Of a stretch of 64,000 nucleotides of DNA, positions 1 to 9,745 are shown in pieces. The translations under genes and the position numbers were made by a program. Below the pieces are notes generated by a model. The model was given only the letters and a program-made list of their open reading frames with translations, did no database searches and was not told where the DNA came from. The stretch is from Candidatus Levyibacteriota bacterium (GTDB lineage: Bacteria > Patescibacteriota > Microgenomatia > Levybacterales > GWA1-39-11), in NCBI GenBank assembly GCA_050255815.1, contig JBLMVJ010000035.1, forward strand, positions 10,727-74,726. Reading direction: 5' to 3'. Position 1 is the stretch's first letter, and each line of letters starts with the position of its first letter.

Positions 1-1041
1 TTACCTGAGGCATCTGATTCTGCCTTTTTGATCAAAAATAAAGGTACGGGACAAAATGTTACACAGATAGACACGCATGGAAATATTACTACTCAGGGCA
101 GCCTGCAGGCTGCTGCTGCAAGTTTTAGCGGCCAGCTTACTGCCGGAGACGCCAGCTTTAGCGGAACGTTGCGGGCATCATCTATCCTGGCTGATGATAT
201 AAACGGACTGGACCAGAAAGTGGCTACCGTTGCCGCAGACCTTATTGCCCGGGTAAAACCGGTTCAGAACATCCCCTCTTCTTCTTTTGGTGAGCCCCTT
301 GCTGATGTAAGCCTGCAGGCAAAGTTTGGGACATTTTCTGAAGGCCTGCTTTCCCTGGGGGCTTCTACCTTTGGCAATATTTCCGTTATGGATATGCTTT
401 CCATAGGATCCGGAAGCACATTCACGCTTTCCCAGGGCGCAATCAATACCTTGGGGACAGACTTGCAGATCCAGCCATTACGCCAAGCCGGAGTCAGCTT
501 TATGGCCGGTGCGGTCATCATAACACCTGATGGACAACTGCAGGTAAATGAGGACGCACTGTTTAACAAAAATCTGGCAGTCAAAGGAACGGTATATACT
601 AACTTGGTTTCTCCATTACCCAATTCTGATTTGTCCGTACAACTGGGTTCGGAGTCTACTTCTTCTGCCGGCTTTGCAGTCAGAGGGGCATCATCTTCTG
701 CAGTCCTCCGGGTGAATAACACCGGAGATGTGGTGGCATCCGGATCAGGTACGTTTGCAAAGATTAATATAAGTATGGTAGGACAGGCACTGGCTGCAAA
801 TGAAAATGAAGCGGTTGCCACCGGGTCTGCCGGAACAGCGGTGCTAAAAGCAAACAAAACCCAGCTCACTATTTTAAACCCTTTGATTACTGACCACTCC
901 CTGATTTATATAACCCCTGCCCAAAACACCTATAACCAGGTGCTGTTTTTAATGCGACAGGACCCTAAGAAATCATTTACGGTTGGGGTATCCCAACCCA
1001 TTTCCCAGGATATAGAGTTCAATTGGCTCATCGTGAACTAA
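1..1041 (+). CDS. Hypothetical secreted/surface protein, 5'-partial; reading frame is open to the window start, first in-window ATG at 28
   Basis: Frame 1 has no stop from position 1. Low-complexity Ser/Ala/Gly-rich protein with a repeated ASFSG motif. No recognisable catalytic motif. Confidence 0.5.
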   Translation, partial: LPEASDSAFLIKNKGTGQNVTQIDTHGNITTQGSLQAAAASFSGQLTAGDASFSGTLRASSILADDINGLDQKVATVAADLIARVKPVQNIPSSSFGEPLADVSLQAKFGTFSEGLLSLGASTFGNISVMDMLSIGSGSTFTLSQGAINTLGTDLQIQPLRQAGVSFMAGAVIITPDGQLQVNEDALFNKNLAVKGTVYTNLVSPLPNSDLSVQLGSESTSSAGFAVRGASSSAVLRVNNTGDVVASGSGTFAKINISMVGQALAANENEAVATGSAGTAVLKANKTQLTILNPLITDHSLIYITPAQNTYNQVLFLMRQDPKKSFTVGVSQPISQDIEFNWLIVN

Positions 1042-1090
1042 CGAAGTTAGTGAACGAGAGCGAAGCGACCTTGTGAACTAACGAAGTTAG
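1033..1090. repeat. Two copies of the 18-bp direct repeat GTGAACTAACGAAGTTAG (1033-1050, 1073-1090) separated by a 22-bp spacer; the first copy contains the stop codon of the upstream CDS
   Basis: Exact 18/18 identity read directly from the sequence. Confidence 0.8.
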
Positions 1091-1270
1091 CAGAATTGTT
1101 CCAAAAAAGTGAAAAAAAGAAAAACATTTCTTATAAAAGAATAAAATAATTTGTTAGAAGAGGGATTAAAAAAAGAAATTATGAGGCTAAATTTGACCAA
1201 TTGTTAGAAAAAGCCACAATAGTAGTTTTTATCCTTGACATTATACTTTTACACTGATAAATTTAGACAC

Positions 1271-3373
1271 ATGGGAAATAATTCAACCATTATTCTTCTT
1301 AAGAAAATATCTGTTTGGGTACTTTCTTTTGTACTATTCTTCTTCCCTCTTCTCTTTTTAGTAAACGCAACTGATCCATTCCTTTTGCCAAAACAGGTAT
1401 TCCTGGTTATGGCATCTGTAGTCCTGCTGATCCTTTGGAGCGTTATCATGGTCTTTGAAAAAAAGATTATGATCCGGACCAGTCCGTTTAATCTTCCGGC
1501 AGGACTCTTTACTTTAGCAGTACTTATTTCAGCATTCCTCTCCCGGAATATGTATGATTCACTTGCTCTTGCTATTCCGGTGTTGGCTTCTTTCATACTG
1601 TATTTTGTGGCACAAAACACCATATCAAATAAAAAGGATTTACTGTTTGTCTTATCTGCTCTTCTTTTGGGAGGAGCCGTGTCTTCCCTTATCTCAGTTT
1701 TGTACTACCTGAAGATTTACTTCCTTCCTATTCCGGCAATCCAAAGCCAGTACTTCACTACCTTTGGTTCTCCTATCCAGCACATTATTTATATAGTACC
1801 GCTTTTGATTGTTGCCGCCTACTTCCTGTCTAAAGAAGTGAGAGGGAGAAAACCTGAAGCAAACTACAATACTATATTATTTGGCGGACTTACCGGCACC
1901 CTTCTCATCTCTGCCGTCCTCTTAATAGTACAGGTAGTAACTGCACCACAAAAACCACTCTTACTGCCATACACATTTGGCTTCCAGATTGCTACCGCAG
2001 CTATTTCCCAGGACACCACACGCTTCTTAATTAGCCTGCCGTTTGGGTCCGGATTTGGCACATTCTTATCAGACTTTACCAGGTTTAAACTTCCTGATAT
2101 CAATAATGGCCAGCTTTGGGCTGCATCCTTTAGCACTTCTTCTTCTTTTGTCCTGGAGCTTTTAACCACCGTAGGAGTAGTAGGACTTTTAACCTACTTA
2201 TTTATGATTGCCAAGGTATTAAAGAATAGGACAAAAGACACCACCCCATTATTCTTTGCACTGTTAGTAGTGTTCTTAGTCTCATTCTTCCTGCCGCTTT
2301 CTATCATCTCCCTTACCCTTATCTTTATTTTAATGGCGCTGTTTACCAGCACTTTATTCCTGGACCACAGCAAAAATGTATATGATATAAGCCTTTCTAT
2401 AGTAGCTCTAAAACATGGCCTATTCTCTATAGAGGAAACGTCAGGCGCACCTAAGAAAGCTTCAGAATCTTCAAAGGTGCTTCCGATTATTGTAGCGCTG
2501 GTTATCATTCTGGTTGGCGGGTATACCGGGTATCTCTCATTCAAACTCTTGTCTGCAGACATGAAGATGGCAGACTCTTTGTCACAAAGCAAGAGGAACA
2601 ACGGCCAGGCTATTTATGACCTCCAGAGACAGGCGCTCATAGACTTCCCGTACCGCTCTGATTATTACAGGATCTTCTCCCAGATTAACCTGGCTCTTGC
2701 TAACTCTATAGCCGGTGCTGTCCCACAGGGATCTACCCCTTCCACTACGGCACAGGCAACTATTACGCAATTGCTGCAGCAAAGTATTGCAAACGGCAGG
2801 ACTGCAGTAGCCCTGGCTCCTATGAGCTCAGTAAACTGGGAAAACCTTTCCCAAATCTATAGGAGCTTAATAGGGGTAGGACAAAATGCGGGAGAATTTT
2901 CAGTGGCAACCATGAACCAGGCTATCATTTTAGATCCTTCCAACCCACTCCTGAGGGTAGAATTAGGGGGTATCTACTACCAGCTGCAGCAGTATGACGC
3001 AGCCCAAAACCAATTCCAGATTGCAATTAACCTGAAGCCTGACTTTGCAAATGCATACTACAACCTGGGCCATGCTCTTGAAGCAAAAGGAGATCTGAGA
3101 GGTGCAATAACCGCATACCAGGCAGCACAAAGCCTTACCACCAATGATAATGATAAAAAGAGGTTGGATTCTGAAATGGAAGTTATCCTGAAAAAAATTG
3201 GGACAGAGGTAAAACCGGGCACTCAGCCATCAGCAGCTGCTCCATCTGCAGACCAACCACCACTTGGAATAAGTACACCTTCAGCACAACTGCCTAGCCA
3301 AAAAGACCAGGTAAAATTACCTTCACCACCAACTGAAACTCAACCAACAGCCACACCTAAAACTACGAAATAA
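1271..3373 (+). CDS. Polytopic membrane protein with C-terminal TPR repeats and a Pro-rich tail; O-antigen ligase (Wzy_C)-like, paralog 1
   Basis: ORF 1235..3373; start moved to the ATG at 1271 downstream of a TTGACA(1224)/TAAATT promoter-like pair. About 10-12 hydrophobic helices over the first ~400 aa, then TPR-like 'AYYNLGHALEAKGDL', then a P/T/Q-rich C-terminus. The Wzy_C assignment is inferred from architecture only. Confidence 0.7.
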   Translation: MGNNSTIILLKKISVWVLSFVLFFFPLLFLVNATDPFLLPKQVFLVMASVVLLILWSVIMVFEKKIMIRTSPFNLPAGLFTLAVLISAFLSRNMYDSLALAIPVLASFILYFVAQNTISNKKDLLFVLSALLLGGAVSSLISVLYYLKIYFLPIPAIQSQYFTTFGSPIQHIIYIVPLLIVAAYFLSKEVRGRKPEANYNTILFGGLTGTLLISAVLLIVQVVTAPQKPLLLPYTFGFQIATAAISQDTTRFLISLPFGSGFGTFLSDFTRFKLPDINNGQLWAASFSTSSSFVLELLTTVGVVGLLTYLFMIAKVLKNRTKDTTPLFFALLVVFLVSFFLPLSIISLTLIFILMALFTSTLFLDHSKNVYDISLSIVALKHGLFSIEETSGAPKKASESSKVLPIIVALVIILVGGYTGYLSFKLLSADMKMADSLSQSKRNNGQAIYDLQRQALIDFPYRSDYYRIFSQINLALANSIAGAVPQGSTPSTTAQATITQLLQQSIANGRTAVALAPMSSVNWENLSQIYRSLIGVGQNAGEFSVATMNQAIILDPSNPLLRVELGGIYYQLQQYDAAQNQFQIAINLKPDFANAYYNLGHALEAKGDLRGAITAYQAAQSLTTNDNDKKRLDSEMEVILKKIGTEVKPGTQPSAAAPSADQPPLGISTPSAQLPSQKDQVKLPSPPTETQPTATPKTTK

Positions 3374-3375
3374 GT

Positions 3376-5523
3376 ATGGAAAGTAAAGATGTGCCGTCAA
3401 TAGTATCAAAGCTGCAGATAGGCGTGTTGTGCACCATGCTGGTATTATTCCCCTTAGCATTTATTCCTAACTCCACTGACTCATTTACCATGGGTAAGAG
3501 CCTAATCCTCATACTGGGGACTTCCCTTCTTATCCTGTTGTGGGCAATTGCATCTATATATAAGAAAGGCTTTGTCTATAAATCCAGCCCATTTAACCTT
3601 CCGGTTGCCCTTTTTGGCGTAGTGGTACTTATTTCCTCCCTGCTCTCCCGCAATATGTATGATTCTCTTGTTGCAGCTGTTCCCGTAGTCTTCTCTTGCG
3701 TATTGTACTTTACCATTTCTTATATGATAAGCAGCAGAAAAACACTTATTTTAGCTATTACCAGCCTTATTGCCGGCGGCGCACTGACTGCCCTTTTAAG
3801 TACCGCTTACTATCTGAAACTTTATTTCCTGCCTATTCCGGGTATTAATAACCAGTACTTTTCCCCGTTTGGGTCAGGCGTACAGGAAGCAATTTACCTG
3901 ATTGCCCTTCTCATGTTCCCGCTTTTCTCCCTATTAAGACAAACAAAGACCAGAAAGCTTACGGTTACGCAGGATTTCCTCATTGAAGCAGGTTTGGGAG
4001 GCGCACTTTTGATAGGGGTAATCTTTATTACCCTTTCCATCATTACTTCCCCAACCAAACCTATTATATTGCCATACACATATGGCTTGCAGATTGCAGC
4101 CGCTACTATTAGCCAGGATATCTCGCGCCTCTTTATCTCATTCCCATTTGGATCCGGCTTTGGCACGTTCTTAAATGACTTTGCCCGCTTCAGACTGCAG
4201 GAGCTGAACGCAAACACTACGTTTGCTACCGCCTACCCATCCTATTCATCATCTTTTGCCCTGGAGCTGATGACTACCACCGGCATCTTAGGCATCCTTT
4301 CTTACCTCTTTATAGTGTTTAAGGCCTTAAAAACCCGCATGAAAGACAGCAATCCATCTTACTTTGGCCTGGTTATCTTATTTATTGTCTCATTCTTCTT
4401 ACCGTTTGGCCTTCCAACTATTGCACTGGTCTTTATTCTTTTGGGAGTCTATTCATCATCCTTATTCCTGGCAAATGACAGGCGGGTACATAATACCAGC
4501 CTCTCACTGGTTGCCTTTGACCAGGGAATTATTTCTACAGAGGATGTGTTGAGGAATGAGCGGGTTAAGTCTGAGAGTATTATCCTGCCGGTTCTTATCA
4601 CTATCTTAGTGGTACTAATAGGAGGATTTGCTTCATTTATGATGGTACGCCTGGTAGATGCAGACACCAAAATGGTTTCCTCTTTGGTTGTACCTGCCGG
4701 TAAGAAGCTCACCATCCAGCAGCAATATGACTTGCAAAGAAATGCGGTAAATGAATTCCCTTATAAATCAGACTACCAGAGGACATTCTCCCAGCTTAAT
4801 ATGAACCTGGCTAACTCTATTGCTGCCAGCCTGCCAAAAGGCGCTACCCCATCAGCAGTTGTACAGCAAAGCGTCAACCAGCTCTTACAGCAATCAGTAA
4901 ATTCAGCCAGAAGCGCTGCTGATATAGCACCGCTTACTTCAACCAACTGGTCCAATCTGGCACAAATTTACCGGAACCTGATAGGCGTGGGCCAGGGAGC
5001 TGACCAGTTTGCCATTGCAGCCATGAACCAGGCAACACTGTTAGACCCAACCAATCCATTCTTAAGGCTGGACTACGGTGGTATTTATTACCAGTTAAGC
5101 CAGCTGGATGCAGCCCAAAACCAATTCCAGATTGCCATTAACCTGAAGCCTGACTTTGCTAATGCCTATTACAATCTGGGCCATGTGATAGAGTCCAAAG
5201 GAGACCTTTCTACCGCACTTTCTCTCTACCAGACTACCCTTTCCCTGGCCGGAAACAATCCAACAGATAAAAAGAAACTCAGTGATGAAATAGAAGCATT
5301 GAAGAAAAAGATTAATGAAACAGCAGCTACTCAACAGCAGCAGACACCGGTAAACCTGCAGACCAGCGCAGGCCAGCAGCAACCTATTGGCATTAACGCT
5401 CCTTCAGCTCAATTTCCAGCACCTAGCAGGCCGGTAAAACTTCCTCCACCTCCTGGTGCCAGCGCTTCTCCGGAACCGTCTCCTTCGGCTGCTCCCAGGC
5501 CTACGGCCACCCCCACACAATAA
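3376..5523 (+). CDS. Polytopic membrane protein with C-terminal TPR repeats; O-antigen ligase (Wzy_C)-like, paralog 2
   Basis: Starts 2 nt after the stop of the preceding gene. Collinear similarity to paralog 1 (e.g. 'NMYDSL', 'FGSGFGTFL', 'QNQFQIAINLKPDFANAYYNLGH'). Confidence 0.8.
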   Translation: MESKDVPSIVSKLQIGVLCTMLVLFPLAFIPNSTDSFTMGKSLILILGTSLLILLWAIASIYKKGFVYKSSPFNLPVALFGVVVLISSLLSRNMYDSLVAAVPVVFSCVLYFTISYMISSRKTLILAITSLIAGGALTALLSTAYYLKLYFLPIPGINNQYFSPFGSGVQEAIYLIALLMFPLFSLLRQTKTRKLTVTQDFLIEAGLGGALLIGVIFITLSIITSPTKPIILPYTYGLQIAAATISQDISRLFISFPFGSGFGTFLNDFARFRLQELNANTTFATAYPSYSSSFALELMTTTGILGILSYLFIVFKALKTRMKDSNPSYFGLVILFIVSFFLPFGLPTIALVFILLGVYSSSLFLANDRRVHNTSLSLVAFDQGIISTEDVLRNERVKSESIILPVLITILVVLIGGFASFMMVRLVDADTKMVSSLVVPAGKKLTIQQQYDLQRNAVNEFPYKSDYQRTFSQLNMNLANSIAASLPKGATPSAVVQQSVNQLLQQSVNSARSAADIAPLTSTNWSNLAQIYRNLIGVGQGADQFAIAAMNQATLLDPTNPFLRLDYGGIYYQLSQLDAAQNQFQIAINLKPDFANAYYNLGHVIESKGDLSTALSLYQTTLSLAGNNPTDKKKLSDEIEALKKKINETAATQQQQTPVNLQTSAGQQQPIGINAPSAQFPAPSRPVKLPPPPGASASPEPSPSAAPRPTATPTQ

Positions 5524-5575
5524 GGGTTTAGGGTTTAGTTCACACAAAGAATCGAGCAATCAAAATAAACTCCCA

Positions 5576-5626
5576 CCTTAATTTCATCTCTTGAATATGA
5601 AACCATGGAGAAACGAATGAGTGAAC
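5576..5626 (+). repeat. Dispersed ~55-bp repeat element, copy A (CCTTAATTTCATCTCTTGAATATGAAACCATGGAGAAACGAATGAGTGAAC)
   Basis: Similar to copies at 22700-22752 and 44778-44834. Lies ~50 nt after the stop of 3376..5523. Confidence 0.6.
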
Positions 5627-5827
5627 CACAGGACCCCAAATCAGACAGCTTCAAGCTTTTAGATTCATCCCAAGGGTAATAATTTTTAACTATACCCTAT
5701 ACCCTAAACGCTATTTCTCGAGCTCCTTTGAAATAAAAATATCAATCAAGTCCTTGAGCGAGAAAAATACCGGGAGTCTTTGGCAAGCAAGCAGGTCTAC
5801 GAGTGCGCCAAGAGTTAACGGTACACC

Positions 5828-6952
5828 CTATTGGAGGAAGGACAGAGGATTCTGGTTGCCGGAGGCTGAACGTACTTCAAAGTGTAAATGCGGTCCCGTA
5901 GTCCTACCGGTCACCCCTACCCATCCTACCACCGTCTTTCCGGCGGTTACCCTATCCCCTGCAGAAACACCCAAACCACTCATATGGGCATATAGCGTAG
6001 AATACCCATTATCACCGTGAATCACCACGTGGGTTCCATAGCCGTAATTCCAACCGCTGGGGTACGCAGCAGACACTACGCCGTTCTGTGCGGCTATAAT
6101 AGGCGTCCCAATAGGCGCGCCTAAGTCAACTCCCGGGTGGTACCAGTAGAATCCCTGGTTCAGGGTTCCTCTGATAGGCCAGGTAAACCCGGCGTCTGTT
6201 ACGGTAACCGGACCGCTTGCTATATACGTCTGCCTCACATACTGCGGACTTACCTGCTCTTCAGGCTTCACCCCATCAGGAACTATAATAATCTGACCGG
6301 TAACCAGTGAGAATGTCTGGGGATTTGCAAAATCGTTAAACGGAAAATCTACTATAGCCTGCGCGTTTACATTGTATTTTTTAGCTATGGAATAAATAGT
6401 ATCACCCTCTGCAACTTTATGGGAAATTCCGGTGACCGGCAGGATCTTGAGGTTATCGCCTATAGAAATGTCATCCCCGGAGAGGTCATTTGCCCACTTG
6501 ATAGTGTCTGAAGAAATTCCAAATTTAGAAGCTATAGTAGAAATGGTATCTCCTTTCTGCACGGTGTAGGTAATAACTTTGTCACGGACTCCTACCGTAT
6601 TTTGGGTTTGGAAGACGTTATCCTGGGAAAGCGTGAGGGAATCAGCCTGGGGGGACTGGGCAAAGGAAAGCATGCTTTTCTGGGTAGGCAGCAGCTGGGA
6701 ATCAGTAATAAACGGGGAAATCATAACCCCTACCGTCAAAATAACCATAATGCTGACATGCAGGAACATACGGTTTCTCCTGCCGCGCCTTATTAAAACG
6801 CCCTTTACTATATTGTTTTTCTGTTTTTCAAACTCATTGGAGATAAAAATAAACTTGTCCTGTATGTAAATTTTGAAGAAGATGGAGAAAGCTTTTGCTT
6901 CAGAAAGGATAAAACCAATACTTTTTCTAACCGTTTTCAACGTATTTCTCAT
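5828..6952 (-). CDS. LysM-domain peptidoglycan-binding M23 family metallopeptidase
   Basis: N-terminal TM segment. Two LysM motifs ('YTVQKGDTISTIASKFGIS', 'HKVAEGDTIYSIAKKYNVN'). M23 signature 'HxxxD ... GPHLHFEVR' at the C-terminus. Confidence 0.9.
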   Translation of the reverse strand: MRNTLKTVRKSIGFILSEAKAFSIFFKIYIQDKFIFISNEFEKQKNNIVKGVLIRRGRRNRMFLHVSIMVILTVGVMISPFITDSQLLPTQKSMLSFAQSPQADSLTLSQDNVFQTQNTVGVRDKVITYTVQKGDTISTIASKFGISSDTIKWANDLSGDDISIGDNLKILPVTGISHKVAEGDTIYSIAKKYNVNAQAIVDFPFNDFANPQTFSLVTGQIIIVPDGVKPEEQVSPQYVRQTYIASGPVTVTDAGFTWPIRGTLNQGFYWYHPGVDLGAPIGTPIIAAQNGVVSAAYPSGWNYGYGTHVVIHGDNGYSTLYAHMSGLGVSAGDRVTAGKTVVGWVGVTGRTTGPHLHFEVRSASGNQNPLSFLQ

Positions 6953-7008
6953 AAGGGGAATGAAAGATACTGTACCAAAAAAGGGTTAACAAAACAAGGG
7001 TGCGGAGG

Positions 7009-8271
7009 CTAGTCCTTGCCTAAATTCATTAAGAATTCGTCATTAGTGTCTGTTTTGGCAAGCTTTTCAAGCAAAACCTCTGCCCGCTCATCCGGATTCA
7101 GGATGTCAATCATGCGGCGCATCATAACTACTTTCCTATACTTATCTTCAGGCATCAGAAGCTCTTCCTGACGTGTACCTGATTTTTCTACGTTTATAGC
7201 CGGGAAGATCCTGCGTTCAGCCAGCCTGCGGTCCAAATGCAGCTCCATATTACCGGTTCCTTTAAACTCTTCAAAAACCAGGTCATCCAGCCTGGATCCG
7301 GTCTCTACTAATGCGGTACCTATAATAGTAAGCGATCCTCCATCTTCACAGTTACGTGCGGCCCCAAAGAAACGCTTGGTTGGGTATAAAGCTGCCGGAT
7401 CATATCCTCCGGAAAGGGTACGACCTGAAGGCTCTATAGACAAGTTATAGGCACGGGCCAGCCTGGTAATAGAATCCAGAAGAATTACTACGTGTTTGCC
7501 GTTTTCTACTAAGCGTTTTGCTCTATCTAGGGCTATCTCAGCCACCCTGGTCTGGATCTCAGGAGACTCATCAAAATTGGAAGCTACCACGTCACCCTTC
7601 ACGGAACGCGCTATATCCGTCACCTCTTCAGGACGTTCTCCTATAAGAACCGCCATAAGATGAACATCCGGGAAGTTAGTGGTAATACCGGTGGCAACAT
7701 CCTTCAGGATAGTGGTTTTACCTGCTTTTGGCGGGGAAACTATCATACCGCGCTGTCCAAAACCAATAGGCGCCACCAGGTCAACTACACGGGTAGAAAG
7801 CGGATGTTTTTTAGTAGCCAAAGTAATTTGTGTATTAGGATAGATAGGAGTTAAGTCATCAAAGTAAGGGCGCTTGGTGGACTTTTCAGCCTCAATCCCG
7901 TTTACCTTGCTTATTTTAAGTAAACCATAATAGCGCTCATTATCCTTTGGCGGACGTCCCAGCCCCTCCACCAGGTCTCCCGGACGCAGCCAGAAGCGTC
8001 TGATCTGGGAAGCTGAGATGTAGATATCACGGTCTGATGGCCTGAATTTTGGCCTCAGGAAACCATGGCCTTCATGCTGGATATCTAAAATGCCGGAAAC
8101 TACCTCTCCGGACTCTTCACGCTCATAATCTGAACTGCCGTAGCCGCGCCTATCCTCAATAACCGGTTCTTCCCGGGCTGATACAGGCTCCCCTACCGGC
8201 TCTGAAGCTACAGGCTCTGCCTGACCCTCTTCAACAGGCTCCTTAATAGTTGTTTTACGTGCGACTGGCAT
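7009..8271 (-). CDS. rho: Transcription termination factor Rho
   Basis: Rho RNA-binding region 'RFWLRPGD', Walker A 'PPKAGKTT', and a RecA-like core collinear with Rho throughout. Confidence 0.95.
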   Translation of the reverse strand: MPVARKTTIKEPVEEGQAEPVASEPVGEPVSAREEPVIEDRRGYGSSDYEREESGEVVSGILDIQHEGHGFLRPKFRPSDRDIYISASQIRRFWLRPGDLVEGLGRPPKDNERYYGLLKISKVNGIEAEKSTKRPYFDDLTPIYPNTQITLATKKHPLSTRVVDLVAPIGFGQRGMIVSPPKAGKTTILKDVATGITTNFPDVHLMAVLIGERPEEVTDIARSVKGDVVASNFDESPEIQTRVAEIALDRAKRLVENGKHVVILLDSITRLARAYNLSIEPSGRTLSGGYDPAALYPTKRFFGAARNCEDGGSLTIIGTALVETGSRLDDLVFEEFKGTGNMELHLDRRLAERRIFPAINVEKSGTRQEELLMPEDKYRKVVMMRRMIDILNPDERAEVLLEKLAKTDTNDEFLMNLGKD

Positions 8272-8392
8272 AGTTAAATTGAAAAGATAGAGATATAGCT
8301 GTTACCCAAGATTCCGGAATGAAATGAACTAAATTTGTGTCTGTGTCATCTTGGAAAAAGAATTACGCGGTAATTTCTGAAGCTATGGTTGT

Positions 8393-8422
8393 ATTAAAAC
8401 ATGAGACCCGCCATCTTGTCAA
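8393..8422 (-). promoter_or_regulatory. Putative sigma70-type promoter of rho on the minus strand (TTGACA-N17/18-TTTAAT), giving a ~115-nt leader
   Basis: Reverse complement of 8393-8422 reads TTGACAAGATGGCGGGTCTCATGTTTTAAT. Confidence 0.3.
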
Positions 8423-8698
8423 GAGACAAGACTCAAGCTACAAGCTAATAATTATCCTCTTCTCTTACCCTTTTACTGCCCAGCTCTTACATTATTATGG
8501 GAAAGCCACTCCAAAATGATTTATAGCGTTCGAGAAAACGAAGTGACTCGAGTTAATGCTATGAACTATAGACCATTAACCATGAACGTATCCCACTTTT
8601 TTACGAAGGAAAAAAGCAAGACCGGAGTGCCAACGAGGATCTTTACTTTTCGAAAGAAGTGAGAAAAACAAGGTCTAAAGATTAGACCCTATAGTATC

Positions 8699-8727
8699 TT
8701 GACAAAGCTCAGCTATTATGATATACT
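8699..8727 (+). promoter_or_regulatory. Near-consensus sigma70 promoter TTGACA-N17-TATACT upstream of the sortase-substrate gene
   Basis: TTGACA at 8699-8704, a 17-nt spacer, TATACT at 8722-8727; read directly. Confidence 0.55.
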
Positions 8728-8778
8728 CCCTGGCGAGCCTGATTTTACAGGCAAATTTACATTTTCCGAAGAAAAAAT

Positions 8779-9450
8779 ATGAACTTTACTAAACTTTCTA
8801 AAATCGCTCTTACCGCCTCAGCTATCCTCATGGGATCCGCAAACCTTGCCTTTGCAGCAGGGTCTACTAATTGTGAAATAGTATACGGTGGCGGACAAGT
8901 TTGTACTCCTCAGATTAAATTTACTATAGATAAAAAGATCCAGAAGCCTACAAAAGGTGGAGGGTTTGTAGACAACCTGGGGGCAAATGATGACAAATTT
9001 AATCCCGGCCAAGACGTAGTCTTTCAAATCACTGTTCAAAATACCGGAGACCAGGCAGTAACATTAAACGTTGTTGACGTGCTTCCTTCTTATATAACTT
9101 TTGTTTCAGGCGGAAACTTTGATTCAGGATCTAATAAGGTTACCAACCAGGTCTCACTCAACCCGAATGATTCAAAAACCTTTACTATTGCAACCAGGGT
9201 GGTAAATGCCGGAGGTCTTCCTGCAAACCAATCAGTTACGTGTGTTACTAACGTTGCAAACGCTATGACCACTGACAACAACAACAGCGCGCAGGATACC
9301 GCACAATTCTGTATCCAGAATAATGTAACCGTACAGCCTCAGATTCCATCAAAATCTATCCCAAATACCGGTCCTGAAGCTTTAGCCTTACTTATTCTCC
9401 CTCCAGTAGGCGCAGCAGGTTTTTACTTAAGACGTAAAGCTGTCCTCTAA
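8779..9450 (+). CDS. Secreted surface protein with a C-terminal sortase sorting signal (IPNTG + hydrophobic segment + basic tail)
   Basis: N-terminal signal peptide 'MNFTKLSKIALTASAILMGSANLAFA'. C-terminus 'SIPNTGPEALALLILPPVGAAGFYLRRKAVL' is a classical LPXTG-type anchor. Confidence 0.8.
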   Translation: MNFTKLSKIALTASAILMGSANLAFAAGSTNCEIVYGGGQVCTPQIKFTIDKKIQKPTKGGGFVDNLGANDDKFNPGQDVVFQITVQNTGDQAVTLNVVDVLPSYITFVSGGNFDSGSNKVTNQVSLNPNDSKTFTIATRVVNAGGLPANQSVTCVTNVANAMTTDNNNSAQDTAQFCIQNNVTVQPQIPSKSIPNTGPEALALLILPPVGAAGFYLRRKAVL

Positions 9451-9745
9451 TAAATCTAGAACCAAAAGGTCGGAGAGAGCGGTTTTGTCTCTTCAAACAA
9501 AGCTATCCACCACTCCCAAACTTTCTAGACAATCCCAACGACCAAAAAAATAGAACCTCTCTCCCCTACCTTTTAAGGCTTTGCCTTGCGAAAGGCATTT
9601 GCTTGCCTGAAAAAGACGGGGTTAGGGCGTGTATTTTTTACACTCCCGAATGTGCGTTTAGCTCAACTGATGTATTAGCTTATGTCAGAAAGGCAAAAAC
9701 GTGTTCTTTAACAAAAGGCATGTAGAAAAATGAAGTTTCCATTGC

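Noticed and set aside
264-869. 201-aa minus-strand ORF inside the first CDS
   Set aside because: Entirely antisense to the longer plus-strand frame, which is open to the window edge. Low-complexity product.
8417-8440. Palindrome CTTGTCAAGAGACAAG, also CTTGTCAAGAGTCAAG at 38584, considered as an operator site
   Set aside because: More simply explained as overlapping TTGACA -35 hexamers of minus-strand promoters (rho and rRNA). The similarity likely reflects a preferred extended -35 context.
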